Made by a program: the position numbers and the translations under genes
The notes under the pieces: generated by a model
Told to the model about the DNA's origin: nothing
The model's input: only the letters and a program-made list of their open reading frames with translations
Database searches by the model: none
From: an uncultured Planctomycetota bacterium
Lineage (GTDB): Bacteria > Planctomycetota > Planctomycetia > Isosphaerales > Isosphaeraceae
DNA length: 64,000 nucleotides
Direction of reading: 5' to 3'
NCBI GenBank assembly: GCA_963845755.1
Contig: CAWJTV010000033.1
Span: forward strand, 32,001 to 96,000
In this document: positions 19,801 through 29,268 of the stretch, in pieces
Position numbering within the stretch: position 1 is the stretch's first letter
Layout of the letters: each line of letters opens with the position of its first letter

Positions 19801-20077
19801 GATGCGGGCCGAGGGCATGAGTGTCCGCGAGTCCATTCTCCGTGGAGCGGAACTACGGGTCCGCCCCGTGGTGATGACCTCGCTGACAGCCGCCCTGGGA
19901 CTACTTCCAGCCGCCCTGGCCACCTCGATCGGTTCGCAGGCCCAGAAGCCGTTGGCGATCGTCGTAGTCGGGGGGATGCTCTGTACGCTCTTCTTGACGC
20001 GATACCTCATGCCAGTGCTCTACAGCTACTTCCCTGCCCCGAGGGGTCGGGTGGCTGAAACGGAAGGGACCATATGA
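16814..20077 (+). CDS. CusA/CzcA-family heavy-metal efflux RND permease
   Basis: 1087 aa; EAYPD, SANLLSIGAVDFGIIV, EFMPQLEEG, RVRPVVMTSLTAALGLLP, QKPLAIVVVGG. Confidence 0.93.
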   Translation: MVRFIIAWSLHNRLIVILCMFSLIGFGIFSAVNLNVEAYPDPTPPLVEVITQNRGASPEEMERLIGIPLETALNGMPGLEFLRSTSVAGLTDIKCQFAYGTDYWTARQEVINRMGAVDLPEGVTPGLSPWSPTGEIVRYVLEAPDYTSNQIKAVQDWVINRTLKQVPGVIDVTGFGGSVKQYQVLLDTRLLKQYGVTMQQVEDAIKNSNANVGGDILTLGTQSHNVRATGLLGGGIDPLDPTRVERAIMIETEKLDDIRKVVVNTADDGTPIYVRQVAQAIVGYQPRLGIVGRAGENDVVEGIVLMRKYEKSLPTSEAVEAKLKEIEEEKLLPNGMKIRVFNQRTDLVHVTRENVLHNLVVGVALVISILFIFLGNLTSAGIVAIMIPLALLFAVTVLYAQGKSANLLSIGAVDFGIIVNSSVIIVENIYRHLTAHDADRSLSLTDRIIAASHEIERALFFSTTIIVCAFIPLFSMTGPEGALFGPMANTYAFSICGALLLAVTLAPVLCSFLFHDAMVEKETFIDRLMKRRYLRTLKLVLRHRSLTLAMMGSIVIFTARLVPDLGGEFMPQLEEGNLWIRALMPRTVSLEEAARVAPRLREIIASIPEVRGVMSQVGRPDDGTDITGFFNIEFNVPLKPMEQWRTKPGPLGVWRVGPFQVGSWPFGPFEFGRRTITREEIQDELMESFREFPALNFNFSQLIRDNVEEALSGVKGANSVKIFGADLEVLERIGQEVVNVLQTVQGIENVGMFHVLGQPNLEIRTDREACARYGINVADVEAAAQVAIGGRAFSRMVEGEKLYDIVLRLPHDLRDDPGDIARIPVNIPSPAGKPGARIPMSHLSKIVPHNPGASYIYRENNRRFVPIKFSVRGRDLASTIDEAHRKVNDAQAGIKLPPGYRMVWSGEFAQMEQANKRLMWIVPVSIMLILCLLYTTFNSTKDALLVMCNVLEAAIGGVLALWLTGTPFSISAAVGFISIFGVAVQDGVLLISYFNQMRAEGMSVRESILRGAELRVRPVVMTSLTAALGLLPAALATSIGSQAQKPLAIVVVGGMLCTLFLTRYLMPVLYSYFPAPRGRVAETEGTI

Positions 20078-21441
20078 AAGCAATACCATCAATGGCTCAC
20101 CCCCAAACGTACCAGGAAACGGAAATGCCCGAGCCCGTCTCTGCCACCAGATGGCCAAGGACCTGGTACAAAAGGCTCGCAGCGGCGGCTCTCTGCCTCG
20201 CGGCTGCCGGTGTGTGCGCCGGCGTCGTGGCGTATCCGTCCCGTGCTCAAGACTTCTGGAGAGCGATCAAGACGGCCGTCGTGCGGGTCCCTGTGGCGAC
20301 TCCTGCCCTCAGTAAACCCGCCCTGCCGACAGATCGCCAGCCTTGGGACGGGCTCGTTAAGCTCAGGGGTCACATGCGAGAGGCGATGGGCATCTCGACG
20401 TCGCATGTCGTCCCCCAGGTCGAACCGATCCGACTGGAGTTGCTCGGCACCACGGAATACGATTCCGATAGCTTGCTGAAAATCCGCCCTCTGTTCCAGG
20501 GCCGTGTTGACAAGGTCTACATGACCGTCGGACAGATCGTCAGTAAGGGCGACAAGCTCATCGACTTCTACAGCACAGAACTGGCCGAGGCCAAGGGCGC
20601 CTACGAGATCAAGCACGTCCAGTGGCTCTACGACAAGAGACTGGTCGATATCCGCGAGCCGCTTGCCAAGTCGAACGCCATCTCACAACAGCAGTTCCTC
20701 GAGACTTGCAACGATGAGATGAAGAGCCGACGCGAGTACGCAGTGTCCCGCGATAAACTCCTCATCTACGGCCTCACCGAAGCGGAGGTTGGGAAAATCG
20801 AGGACGAGATCCCCTCGCAGAAGGCCCGGATGACGCTCCGCTCACCCTCCAGCGGCATCATCATCGCTCGCGACGTTGTCGTGGGTAATCTCTACGACAA
20901 AGACGACACACTGCTGACCATTGCGCCCCTGGACCATCTCTGGGTCTGGGGCAACGTCTTCGAAAGCGACCTCGATCAGGTGCGGATGGGGCAGTCCTGG
21001 GAGATCCAGTTTCCCTTCATGACCGAGAAGCTCCACGGGCGCGTCGAATACATCTCCAATCGGGTTGATCCCGGGACGCATGCCGTGCGGATCCGCACAT
21101 CCATCCCGAATCGGGAGGGCCACCTCAAGTCGGACATGCTCGTGCGCGGCATGCTGGAGATCCCGCCCAAGCCAGGGTGGGCGGTCATCCCGCGGACTGC
21201 CTTGATTGTAGCCGATGGCCGGTATTACGTCTTCTTGAAGGCAAAAGCGGAAGCCGATGTGTTCGAGAGGCATTCGGTCGTGCTCGCGCAAGAGAAGGAC
21301 GAGCATGTGATCGTCGAGCAAGGTGTCCGTGAGGGCGATGAGGTCGTCAGCGTTGGAGGGTTGCTCCTGTATCAACTCTACGAAGATCGAAAGATGGTCC
21401 AGACCGGGGAGCCACGTGGATCTGGTGGCGATGATCGGTAG
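20074..21441 (+). CDS. RND periplasmic adaptor (CzcB-like membrane fusion protein)
   Basis: ATGA overlap with the permease; LRSPSSGIII, LDHLWVWGNVFESDL, GRVEYISNRVDPGT, LKSDM. Confidence 0.9.
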   Translation: MKAIPSMAHPQTYQETEMPEPVSATRWPRTWYKRLAAAALCLAAAGVCAGVVAYPSRAQDFWRAIKTAVVRVPVATPALSKPALPTDRQPWDGLVKLRGHMREAMGISTSHVVPQVEPIRLELLGTTEYDSDSLLKIRPLFQGRVDKVYMTVGQIVSKGDKLIDFYSTELAEAKGAYEIKHVQWLYDKRLVDIREPLAKSNAISQQQFLETCNDEMKSRREYAVSRDKLLIYGLTEAEVGKIEDEIPSQKARMTLRSPSSGIIIARDVVVGNLYDKDDTLLTIAPLDHLWVWGNVFESDLDQVRMGQSWEIQFPFMTEKLHGRVEYISNRVDPGTHAVRIRTSIPNREGHLKSDMLVRGMLEIPPKPGWAVIPRTALIVADGRYYVFLKAKAEADVFERHSVVLAQEKDEHVIVEQGVREGDEVVSVGGLLLYQLYEDRKMVQTGEPRGSGGDDR

Positions 21442-21702
21442 AGGCGTCGTTGTATCGCCGGCTACGATCAATCGGCCAAATGCGACTGAACTGCCGAGCA
21501 CCTTATGCGATCGGTGATAGTACGGGTCCGCCAGCATGTTGCGGCCCGGAATGATCACTCCCAGCCTCGCGTCAATCCGATGTGCTCCTCGTCTGTGAGC
21601 AAACCAACCGTGAATCGCTCGAACTGGGAGAGGACGGTCCGGGCAGGTAGATGAGCGGATCTCGGACCTGGTGACTTCGTATCTCGATCCTTGAGAACGC
21701 CG

Positions 21703-21882
21703 ATGACTCTTCTCCGCTTCACCCTCGCTCAGTTGATGGCTGTCGTGCTCTATCTCGCCGTAGGTTTCGCCGCCCGCAATGCAGACGAATTCTGGGCGAG
21801 TGCGGCCTACACGCTCGCCATCAGTTTGATCGCAGCGGCTCTTGTCGGTGCCCTTACCTTCAGCGGCGGCGTCTTCCCCTGA
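21703..21882 (+). pseudogene. Truncated membrane-protein gene fragment
   Basis: MTLLRFTLAQLMAVVLYLAVGFAA...WASAAYTL; ends immediately before the transposase relic. Confidence 0.4.
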
Positions 21883-22376
21883 CCGGAACCAGCGCGTCTT
21901 CCCCAGTCCCGTTCCCAGGGTGTGGGGCTGGGGTTTCCGCTGGCCCGACTCGTGGTGCTGATCTCGCTGGCCACGGGGTTAGTGCGCGACCTGGCGGTGG
22001 GGCCGTACCGGGGAAAGGAGACGGGCGAGCCGGCGCTGTTCCGCCAGCTCGGGGATCGACTCGAGGCTGACGAGATCGTCCTGGGAGACCGGGTTTTCGC
22101 CTCGTTTTTTGGGATCGTGGGCCTGACGCGACGGGGGGCGGATGGCCTGTTCCGGATGCACCAGACTCGAAAGCGCGACTTCCGCCGGGGCCGGCAGTTG
22201 GGGATCTAGGACCATGTGGTGATCTGGATCAAGCCGGCGCGGCCCGACTTGATGGACGAGGAGACTTATGAGCAAATGCCTGATCAATTGGCGGTCCTCG
22301 AGCTGCGGTTCAAAGTGGAACAGCCGGGATTCCGGGTCGACGAGATCGTGCTGGTGACGACGATGCTGGACGACGT
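21883..22376 (+). pseudogene. IS4-family transposase internal fragment
   Basis: GLGFPLARLVVLISLATG...GKETGE...LGDRVF...; in-frame TAG at 22207; continues FRVDEIVLVTTMLD; no ends. Confidence 0.75.
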
Positions 22377-22405
22377 CAGAGCATCTAGAGCCAGGTGTCC
22401 CACCC

Positions 22406-22650
22406 ATGATCATCTCACAGACTCCGTATCGCGTCAGCTTCGCCGGGAACGGCACCGATCTGCCGGCGCGAGTCCAGCGCCGTGCCGAGTCCGGCGCTCG
22501 ATCCGCACATCGATGTCACGATCCACCGCCGGTTCGAGCCGAACATTCGCGTCAGCGACTCGTGGACCGAGGTCGCCGAGACGCACGATGAGGTCCGTCC
22601 CAGATCGTCCGCAAGGCGATGCGGCTGCTGGAGGTGGAAACGACTGCCGC
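22406..22650 (+). pseudogene. GHMP sugar kinase (HddA-like) 5' relic
   Basis: MIISQTPYRVSFAGNGTDLP matches the family N-terminus, then the frame breaks. Confidence 0.6.
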
Positions 22651-22659
22651 GGCTTCCAG

Positions 22660-23361
22660 GAGACCTCGACCGTCCTCTTCCCTTCGGAGACTTCGCGGCA
22701 ATTCCACCGGCGCCGGATCGGCCTGGACGGGCCGGTGATCTCCGATCCGATCCGACTCGACCGGGCCATTGCCGAGGACCTCGACCCGCGCTATGTCACA
22801 TTCGCCAACCCGCAGCCGGAGAACGGCCTCACGGCCTTCGCCCGGATCGCGTTGGAACTGGACTGTCGGCGGCCCAATATCCCGTTGCTGGTCGTCGAGG
22901 GCCGGTGGACGTCGGATTCGCTGGCCCGGCTGCCCGTGGATCTCTCGGACCTGACCAACCTGAACCGGATACCCAACACGCCCGAGCCGCGCGACATCTA
23001 CCGGATCAGCCGGGCGGTGTTGATGCCATCGGGCTGGCGAGAGTCGCCGGGCCGGGGTCGCGGTGGAGGCGATGGCCAACGGCATCCCGTACTGGCCGGC
23101 GACCGGGGTGCCTTGCCAGAAACACTGGACGACGCGGGATTTGCGTTCACGATCCCCGAACGGAGCATGCCGACGAATCTCGCGATCCCCACCCCACTCG
23201 AGGTGGCCCCCTGGGTCGCCACGTTCGAACGCTTGTGGGACGATCCGCAGTGCGAGGCCGAGTACCGCGCCTTGGCCAAGGCCGTGACGCGGCGATGGGA
23301 TGCGGCGAACCCCGGAGCCGGGACACGCCCGGAGCTGGCTCGCATTATCAAGCGCTGCTGA
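22660..23361 (+). pseudogene. Glycosyltransferase (GT4-like) C-terminal relic
   Basis: YVTFANPQPENG...AVLMPSGWRES, frameshift to EAMANGIP, GALPETL; no N-terminus. Confidence 0.6.
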
Positions 23362-24211
23362 CGACTTCGCCGCCGTTCCTGGTGAGAAGGATTCGGAGGG
23401 TTGCGGGCTCCAGAGTGATCTTGAGAAACCGGACCGACCCGTCGGCGAGCAGCACGGGCGCGCCGCCGGCATGAGAGTTGGCCAGGCGGGGCAATGGCCC
23501 ATCTTGAGTCCACTTCAAATCTTCGGGCTTGGTCCAGGGGACCAGGGTGTCAGTCTCCATGACCAGGATTGTGTTCGACGTCCCGTCCCAAAACTCGGTG
23601 AAATCCGGCCCGCGCGTCGGTTCGAACGCCGTGTTGACGATTCCCAGTTCGGCCTTCGGCCCGACGACCACCAGGTATCCCGTCAGACCCTTCTGGCGCG
23701 TCGGGCCTTCGGGACACGCAAGTTCCCATGGCATCTGTGGGATCAGGGCGCGGTTGTGGGGACTGTCCCACGGTTCATCCAAATGGAACCGATCGTAGAG
23801 CGACTGGTAGCCGAGTTGCGGCAGGATCGCGACGCGCCAGCTCAAGAGCGGCTTGCCGTCGCGATCGGCCAGCGCCGGAGCGGGTAGGTGCCCCTGCACC
23901 TCGTGGTACTCGTGCAACGCCCGCCCGAGCTGATGCAGGTACTCATGGCACTGCCTGCGCCGAGACTCACGGACAACAGGCACGACCATCCATGCAGCCA
24001 CAAACCATGACGCCAGCGCCGCGACCACAACCGTGCCGACCGCGCGGACCAGGCGCCAGTGATGCCTGATCGCCCGATCAGACCTCGATTCTTCAGGAAT
24101 GACCAGGATGTCCTCGTTCCACGAAGTAGGTCCGTCGATTCCGACCCCGGTATCGCATGCATCATCAGAAATGACCAGGATGTCCTCGTCGCGCGATGTA
24201 GGAGTGTCCAT
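23348..24211 (-). CDS. DUF1559 domain protein without prepilin motif
   Basis: RRRQCHEYLHQLGRALHEYH, SWRVAILP, DGTSNTI, HAGGAPVLLADGSV, TRNGGEVVS. Confidence 0.88.
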   Translation of the reverse strand: MDTPTSRDEDILVISDDACDTGVGIDGPTSWNEDILVIPEESRSDRAIRHHWRLVRAVGTVVVAALASWFVAAWMVVPVVRESRRRQCHEYLHQLGRALHEYHEVQGHLPAPALADRDGKPLLSWRVAILPQLGYQSLYDRFHLDEPWDSPHNRALIPQMPWELACPEGPTRQKGLTGYLVVVGPKAELGIVNTAFEPTRGPDFTEFWDGTSNTILVMETDTLVPWTKPEDLKWTQDGPLPRLANSHAGGAPVLLADGSVRFLKITLEPATLRILLTRNGGEVVSSA

Positions 24212-24241
24212 GATCGCTCCCCCGAATACAAGTTGAACCTA

Positions 24242-24293
24242 TGACAAACGTCATATCTACTCTGACAATAGTCACAGGAAGGCCCGATGTCAA
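24242..24293 (-). promoter_or_regulatory. Sigma70 promoter overlapped by tandem TGAC-N4-GTCA operators
   Basis: Minus strand TTGACA (24293-88)-17 nt-TATTGT (24270-65); palindromes at 24242-53 and 24263-74. Confidence 0.65.
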
Positions 24294-24542
24294 GCGATCG
24301 GACCGGGCCACCGGCGCAGCCAGGGGTTCCAGAGAGGTTCACGCACGAACGTCATTAGTATCAATAATAACTCTAATATTTTCATATTTTATATATCATA
24401 TTGACGCCGATGAATTGAGGGTCCGGTTGGCCCACCTGTTATCTCACCTGTTCTCAGGAGCACGGACCTCGGGGACGACGCGATCGGGTTTCGGACGATC
24501 CGCGCGAGCACCGTGGTGGGCGCGACCCATCCGGGCCGCGCT

Positions 24543-25232
24543 CTAATCGGGAGGTTCCCGGGAGGTCCGGAGTCGCCCTTTAAGCGTGGCGAGCTCGTCC
24601 TCGACGCGCCGGGCGTGCTCGCGCGATGCGATGTCGGCCTCCAGATCGGTCTCGCCGCTCTCGTGGAGTTCGGCCAGGGCCCGGGCCTCCGCCTCGGCCT
24701 GATCGATCCGCTGGGACATTCGTTCGAAGCGAGCGAAGCCGTTGGTTCCTCGCGAGGAGGAGCAGGTCATCCCCCGCAAGGCGCGACCGGCTTCGACCAT
24801 CTGACGTCGGGCCGAGAGGCTGGCGAGCTTCCGTCGGGCCTCGGCCTCTTTGGCCCGCATGGCGTTGATCTGACTGCGAAGGGCCTGGGCCGTCCGCTCG
24901 GCCGACGATTGTTGCTCGGCGAGTGCCAGGGTCATGGCCTGATGCTCGAGTACGCGGGCGATCGCCTGGCGAGCGAGGTCGTCATCACCGTCTCGAACGG
25001 CCGCTTCGGCCCGAGTTTGCCAGCGCCGGGCCTTTTGCTCGTGGTCCGAGAGGTCTCGGGCCAGCAGGCGTTCGCCGGCGATGGCACGGGCTGCGGCGGC
25101 GGTCGCATCCTCGATCATGGTCGCCATCTCTCGGATCGCTTGCTTGAGCATCACTTCCGGATCCTCGAACCGGTTGACCAGGTCATTCAGATTCGCGGCG
25201 ATGATGTCGCCGACGCGGCGGAATAGTCGCAT
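24543..25232 (-). CDS. PspA/IM30 family protein
   Basis: MRLFRRVGDIIAANLNDLVNRFEDPEVMLKQAIREM...FARFERM...VEDELATLK. Confidence 0.9.
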   Translation of the reverse strand: MRLFRRVGDIIAANLNDLVNRFEDPEVMLKQAIREMATMIEDATAAAARAIAGERLLARDLSDHEQKARRWQTRAEAAVRDGDDDLARQAIARVLEHQAMTLALAEQQSSAERTAQALRSQINAMRAKEAEARRKLASLSARRQMVEAGRALRGMTCSSSRGTNGFARFERMSQRIDQAEAEARALAELHESGETDLEADIASREHARRVEDELATLKGRLRTSREPPD

Positions 25233-25975
25233 GGAAGGATCTCCTCCGGGGAAGACGTCGGAAGGGAAGCCGGCCGAGATGGCCGAACGGTAAATTCGGG
25301 CTGGGCGTCCTGCCAGGTGATTGCCGAGATGCCTTCGATGGCGGTGGCGATCTGGGCCACCAGCTCCTCGGCCCGGGACGCGGGCGCCCCGGTGTACTTG
25401 GCCAGGTGGATCATCGAGACCAGTTCCCGGACCCACGCCAAGGTACCCATCAGGTCTTCATACGCGCGGCCCCGAACCTGGCGGAGCCGGTCGAGGTTCG
25501 CCCGCCGGGACTGCTCGCTCTGGCGGCAGCGGTCGCTGGCCTCCGGTCCCGAGGCCGCGGGCATCGGCTCGCGCCTCGCAGGCTCCGCTCGGGCGAGCAG
25601 GCGGTCCATCTCGCGAATCCGCTCGGCTTGGGCGCGCCAGGCGGTACTCAACTCGTGAAAACAGTCGGTCTCATGAGCCAGGACGTCCTCGACCCAGCCG
25701 TCGAGACTCGCCAGGGCCAGTTCCAATTCGGTCTCGACCTGGGCGATGGCTTGCGCCATGGCATCGCCATCGCTCGGATCGCGTGTGGTTTCGGCGATCG
25801 ATTCGGGTCGCGGTCCCGAGAGCAGGATCGGCAAGTACAACGGCCAGAAGACCGCGGCCGTTGCGACCCGGAACGCCGCCGAGCCGCGGCTGCGGCGGGA
25901 ATCCGACAGGAATACCGCCGTCGCCACACCCAGGCCGATCAGTAGGTAGAAGATGATCGTCACGCTAAATCCCAT
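25187..25975 (-). CDS. Hypothetical protein, two N-terminal TM segments and helical cytoplasmic domain
   Basis: IIFYLLIGLGVATAVF, AVFWPLYLPILL, then charged helical region; overlaps the PspA start. Confidence 0.75.
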   Translation of the reverse strand: MGFSVTIIFYLLIGLGVATAVFLSDSRRSRGSAAFRVATAAVFWPLYLPILLSGPRPESIAETTRDPSDGDAMAQAIAQVETELELALASLDGWVEDVLAHETDCFHELSTAWRAQAERIREMDRLLARAEPARREPMPAASGPEASDRCRQSEQSRRANLDRLRQVRGRAYEDLMGTLAWVRELVSMIHLAKYTGAPASRAEELVAQIATAIEGISAITWQDAQPEFTVRPSRPASLPTSSPEEILPCDYSAASATSSPRI

Positions 25976-26017
25976 GGCCGCGCTCCTCGTCAAAGGCTGG
26001 GCGACTCGGACCGGCCT

Positions 26018-26755
26018 TCAGCCGGCGAGGCGGGTCCAGAGCCAGTAGATCATCACCGGTGTGACCGTGGTGTAGCAGACCGACCAGGCCAGGGTCAGTC
26101 GGCGCAGGAAGGTTGCGCGGCGGGCCTGGCGACAGGCTGGAAGGGTGTCGGCCAGATCCGTGAAACCCACGAACAGCGAACGGACGCCCCAGAGTCCCGC
26201 CAGGAACGGCAGCGCCAGCCCTACGGCGATCGTCCACCGCATCCACTCGGCCGGGGCCGAGAAGACGGTCATCCCCAGGGAGACGGCCACGTAGATCGGC
26301 AGGGCCCCGACCAGCACCACCGCGGTGACGGACAGGCACTTGACCGCGTGAGCCGTCGCCTGGAGCATCGACAACTTGACGCCCGCGAGCAGCCCGTAGA
26401 AGTAGAAGCTCGGCAGGCAGACGCCGGTGGCCGCTACCAGCCCCACCACATACGCCAGGGTCAGGCTCGCCCACGTGCCGTCGGACCATCGCGCCGACGG
26501 CACCCAGGGAGGCAGCGTCGAAACCAGGTTCACGATCAACGTGGCCGCGATTCCAAAGATCGTGAATCCCAGCAGGGCGAGCGCCAGGAGCCGGGGAATC
26601 AGATCAGGTGCGCGCGACTCATCGCGGATCAGGGCATCGAGACGCCGGCGGTCCTTGAGTATCAGATCCACCAGCTCGATCGTCCGGAGATTGTCGTTGG
26701 GTTCGCCGACCACCCACGACTGGGCAGCCGGTTCCCCGAGTGTCAGGGTCTGCAT
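26018..26755 (-). CDS. Hypothetical multi-pass membrane protein
   Basis: About 5 hydrophobic segments; VCLPSFYFYGLLAGVKL; co-oriented in operon. Confidence 0.8.
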   Translation of the reverse strand: MQTLTLGEPAAQSWVVGEPNDNLRTIELVDLILKDRRRLDALIRDESRAPDLIPRLLALALLGFTIFGIAATLIVNLVSTLPPWVPSARWSDGTWASLTLAYVVGLVAATGVCLPSFYFYGLLAGVKLSMLQATAHAVKCLSVTAVVLVGALPIYVAVSLGMTVFSAPAEWMRWTIAVGLALPFLAGLWGVRSLFVGFTDLADTLPACRQARRATFLRRLTLAWSVCYTTVTPVMIYWLWTRLAG

Positions 26756-26806
26756 GGTTCCCTTCCTCGCCTGTCTTGTGCTGGAGGTTGATCAAGGCTT
26801 CCGAAA

Positions 26807-27434
26807 TCACACGCGTAACACGAACTCGAAGAGACCGAAGGCGTAGAACAGCTCCCCACCGATCGCCGAGACCACCGCCAGCCACAGAACGGGCCAACGC
26901 CCGCGCCGGGGCTCCAGGACCTCCATGACCCGGCCGAAGATGTCGACCATGGACACACCGACTCCGGTGAAGACGACGAGATTGACCGCGCGGCACCAGC
27001 CAGGCGACGCGGGACGGGTCCGCCACCAGGTCCGCCAACGCCGCGGTGAAGAACCAATTGATGGGGATCGACGCGATCATCGCGAGGCCGCCCCAGCTCG
27101 TGGTCACGAGGGCGGCCAGCAACGTGGTGCTCGCGCGGAGCCGCGAGCCCGAGAGACTGTTGAAGATGTAGAGCGAGGGCAGGGCGATTCCCCATGACAG
27201 TCCGGCGGCCATCGTGCAGAGCAGGCCATCCCGGACGATGACGCGCGGCCCGCCGAGCAGCCCCATCGTCAAACCATAGGTGGTTGTGCCGAGGATCGCC
27301 GTCAGCGCGAGCGCGGCGAAGACCCACCAGGAATACGGGACCTCGTCCTCATGCCATCGGCGGGCGAACTCTTCGGGCTCGCGCAGGGCCATACCCACGT
27401 GCGCGAGGCCGGATCGTAATTGCGTACGCAACAT
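26807..27434 (-). CDS. Hypothetical multi-pass membrane protein (frameshift near 26990), paralog-like to its neighbour
   Basis: IALPSLYIFNSLSGSRL; second frame VNLVVFTGVGVSMVDIFGR...FGLFEFVLRV stop at 26807. Confidence 0.72.
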
Positions 27435-27545
27435 GGTTCCTCTCCTTTGGCGACAAACCGAGCGTTCATCCACCTGAGGCGGCGACGACGCGATCGGAAT
27501 TCGTGATCTGCTACTACAGGAGGGAACCGCAAAGATCGGCCGGGA

Positions 27546-29268
27546 TTAACCGGCGTCCGCCGATTTCTTCATCGGGAGCCCGGCCGCGCGGGCCGCGCGG
27601 ACGCGACGCCGGTGGTATTTCAGGCCGGGCACGAAGAAACCTGCCGCGGAGACGACGCCGAAGAGCGTCAGCCCGAACCGGGGCCAGATGGCCATCAAGC
27701 CGGCGGTCAGGAACATCGCCGCGGCCGGGAAGTAGAAGGTGCCGGAAAGGATGCCGGCCTTGATGAAAAAGACCATCCCGCTGAGCACCGCCAGCACCGG
27801 CGACAGCGCCAGCACCGGCAGGCCGAGCAGCATCTCGATCCCGAACAGCAAGGAGCAGCCGATCATACTGGCGGCCCCAGACGTGGGCGATTTGCCGTTC
27901 GACGAACGTCACCGGGCCGCCGCGATGGCGCAGCGTCCAGAAGATGAGGGCCCAGGTGCTGAAACCGCCCGTCCAGATGAGCAGATAAGGTCCCGGCGAG
28001 GTCACGCCTCGCTCTTGCAGGAGATTGGTGATCACGCAGAGCAGAACGACCACCACGCTGTGCCAGATCCAGAGGAGGCCCCAGTTCTCCAGCACGGCCG
28101 CATGGTGGGTTTCGCGAAGGGCGCGGCTGACGACGGCCGAGATCCGCCCAGATCGAGCCGAGATCGGCTCGCCGGCCAGGTAGGCTTCCAGGTCGCCGGC
28201 CAGCGCGGACGCCGAGGGATAGCGGAGATCGGCCGGCTTCTGGAGGCACTTCAAGGCGATGAGTTCGAGGTCTCGGTCCACCCTCGGGTTGAGCAGGTGA
28301 GGCGGCAGCGGCTCCTGTTCCAGGACCAGGAAGATCGTGTCGAGTGCCGTGGCGGCCTGGAACGGCGGACGGCCGGTGAGCATCTGATAGAGGATCGCAC
28401 CCAGGCTGTAGACGTCGCTGGCCGGTCCGATCCGGCCGCGACCGCCTCCCACGACCTGTTCGGGCGCCATGTAGCCGGGCGTTCCCACGATGGCCCCCGG
28501 TGACGTGAGGCTGGGTCCTGCGTCGAGCCGCTTGGCCAGCCCGAAGTCGGCCACGTGAGGCCGTCCCTCATGATCGATGAGGATGTTTGAGGGCTTGAGG
28601 TCGCGATGGAGGACGCCATGGTGATGAGCATAATCCACCGCATGGCCGATCGGAGCGAGCAACGTGGCCGCTTCCCTCGGAGGGATGGGACCGTCGGCGA
28701 GCCGTCGAGCCAGGGACTGACCCTCGATCAACCTCATGAGGAAATACGGCTGCCCTTCGTGATCGCCCACCGCGAAGACCGGGACGATGTGCAGGTGATC
28801 GAGCTGGGCCGCGGAGCTCGCCTCCGCACGAAAACGGGCCACATCCAGCGGCGAGGCCGTTGACGCGTGGAGCAGGATCTTCAGCGCCACGATCCGTCCC
28901 AGGCCCGGCTGTCGGGCGCGGTAGACGACGCCCATGCCGCCCCGGCCGAGCTCTTCCAGGAGCTCGCAGCCGCCGATGCGTCCCAGCGAGGCCAATTCCT
29001 CGGACGGTTCGTCTGGGCCGAAACGCGTCGTGCGCGGGAACGTTGCCGTGGCGTTCGATTCGACCGTGCGAGCCAGTTCTTCGGCGACCTGGGCCGTCAG
29101 CCAAAGTTCGCGCAGTTCCTCGCCGATCTCGGGATGCTGACGGACGACCGCGTCGATGTCGGGATCTCGACCCTGACCGAGCTGCTCGGCCATCTCGGCC
29201 AGGAGGCGGGCGAGCTGATCGTCCACCGTCGCTCTAGAGGCTGGGAAGGGCGCGGATTCCATGGTCAT
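27546..29268 (-). CDS. Hanks-type Ser/Thr protein kinase with C-terminal TM domain (frameshift near 27870)
   Basis: LGRGGMGVVY, VALK, HRDLKPSN, DFGLA, GTPGYMAPE, SDVYSLG; hydrophobic tail continues in ORF 27546-27866. Confidence 0.92.

Noticed and set aside
22216..23361. 381-aa ORF as a transposase-glycosyltransferase fusion protein
   Set aside because: Chance read-through across adjacent decayed fragments; the middle is out-of-frame kinase relic.
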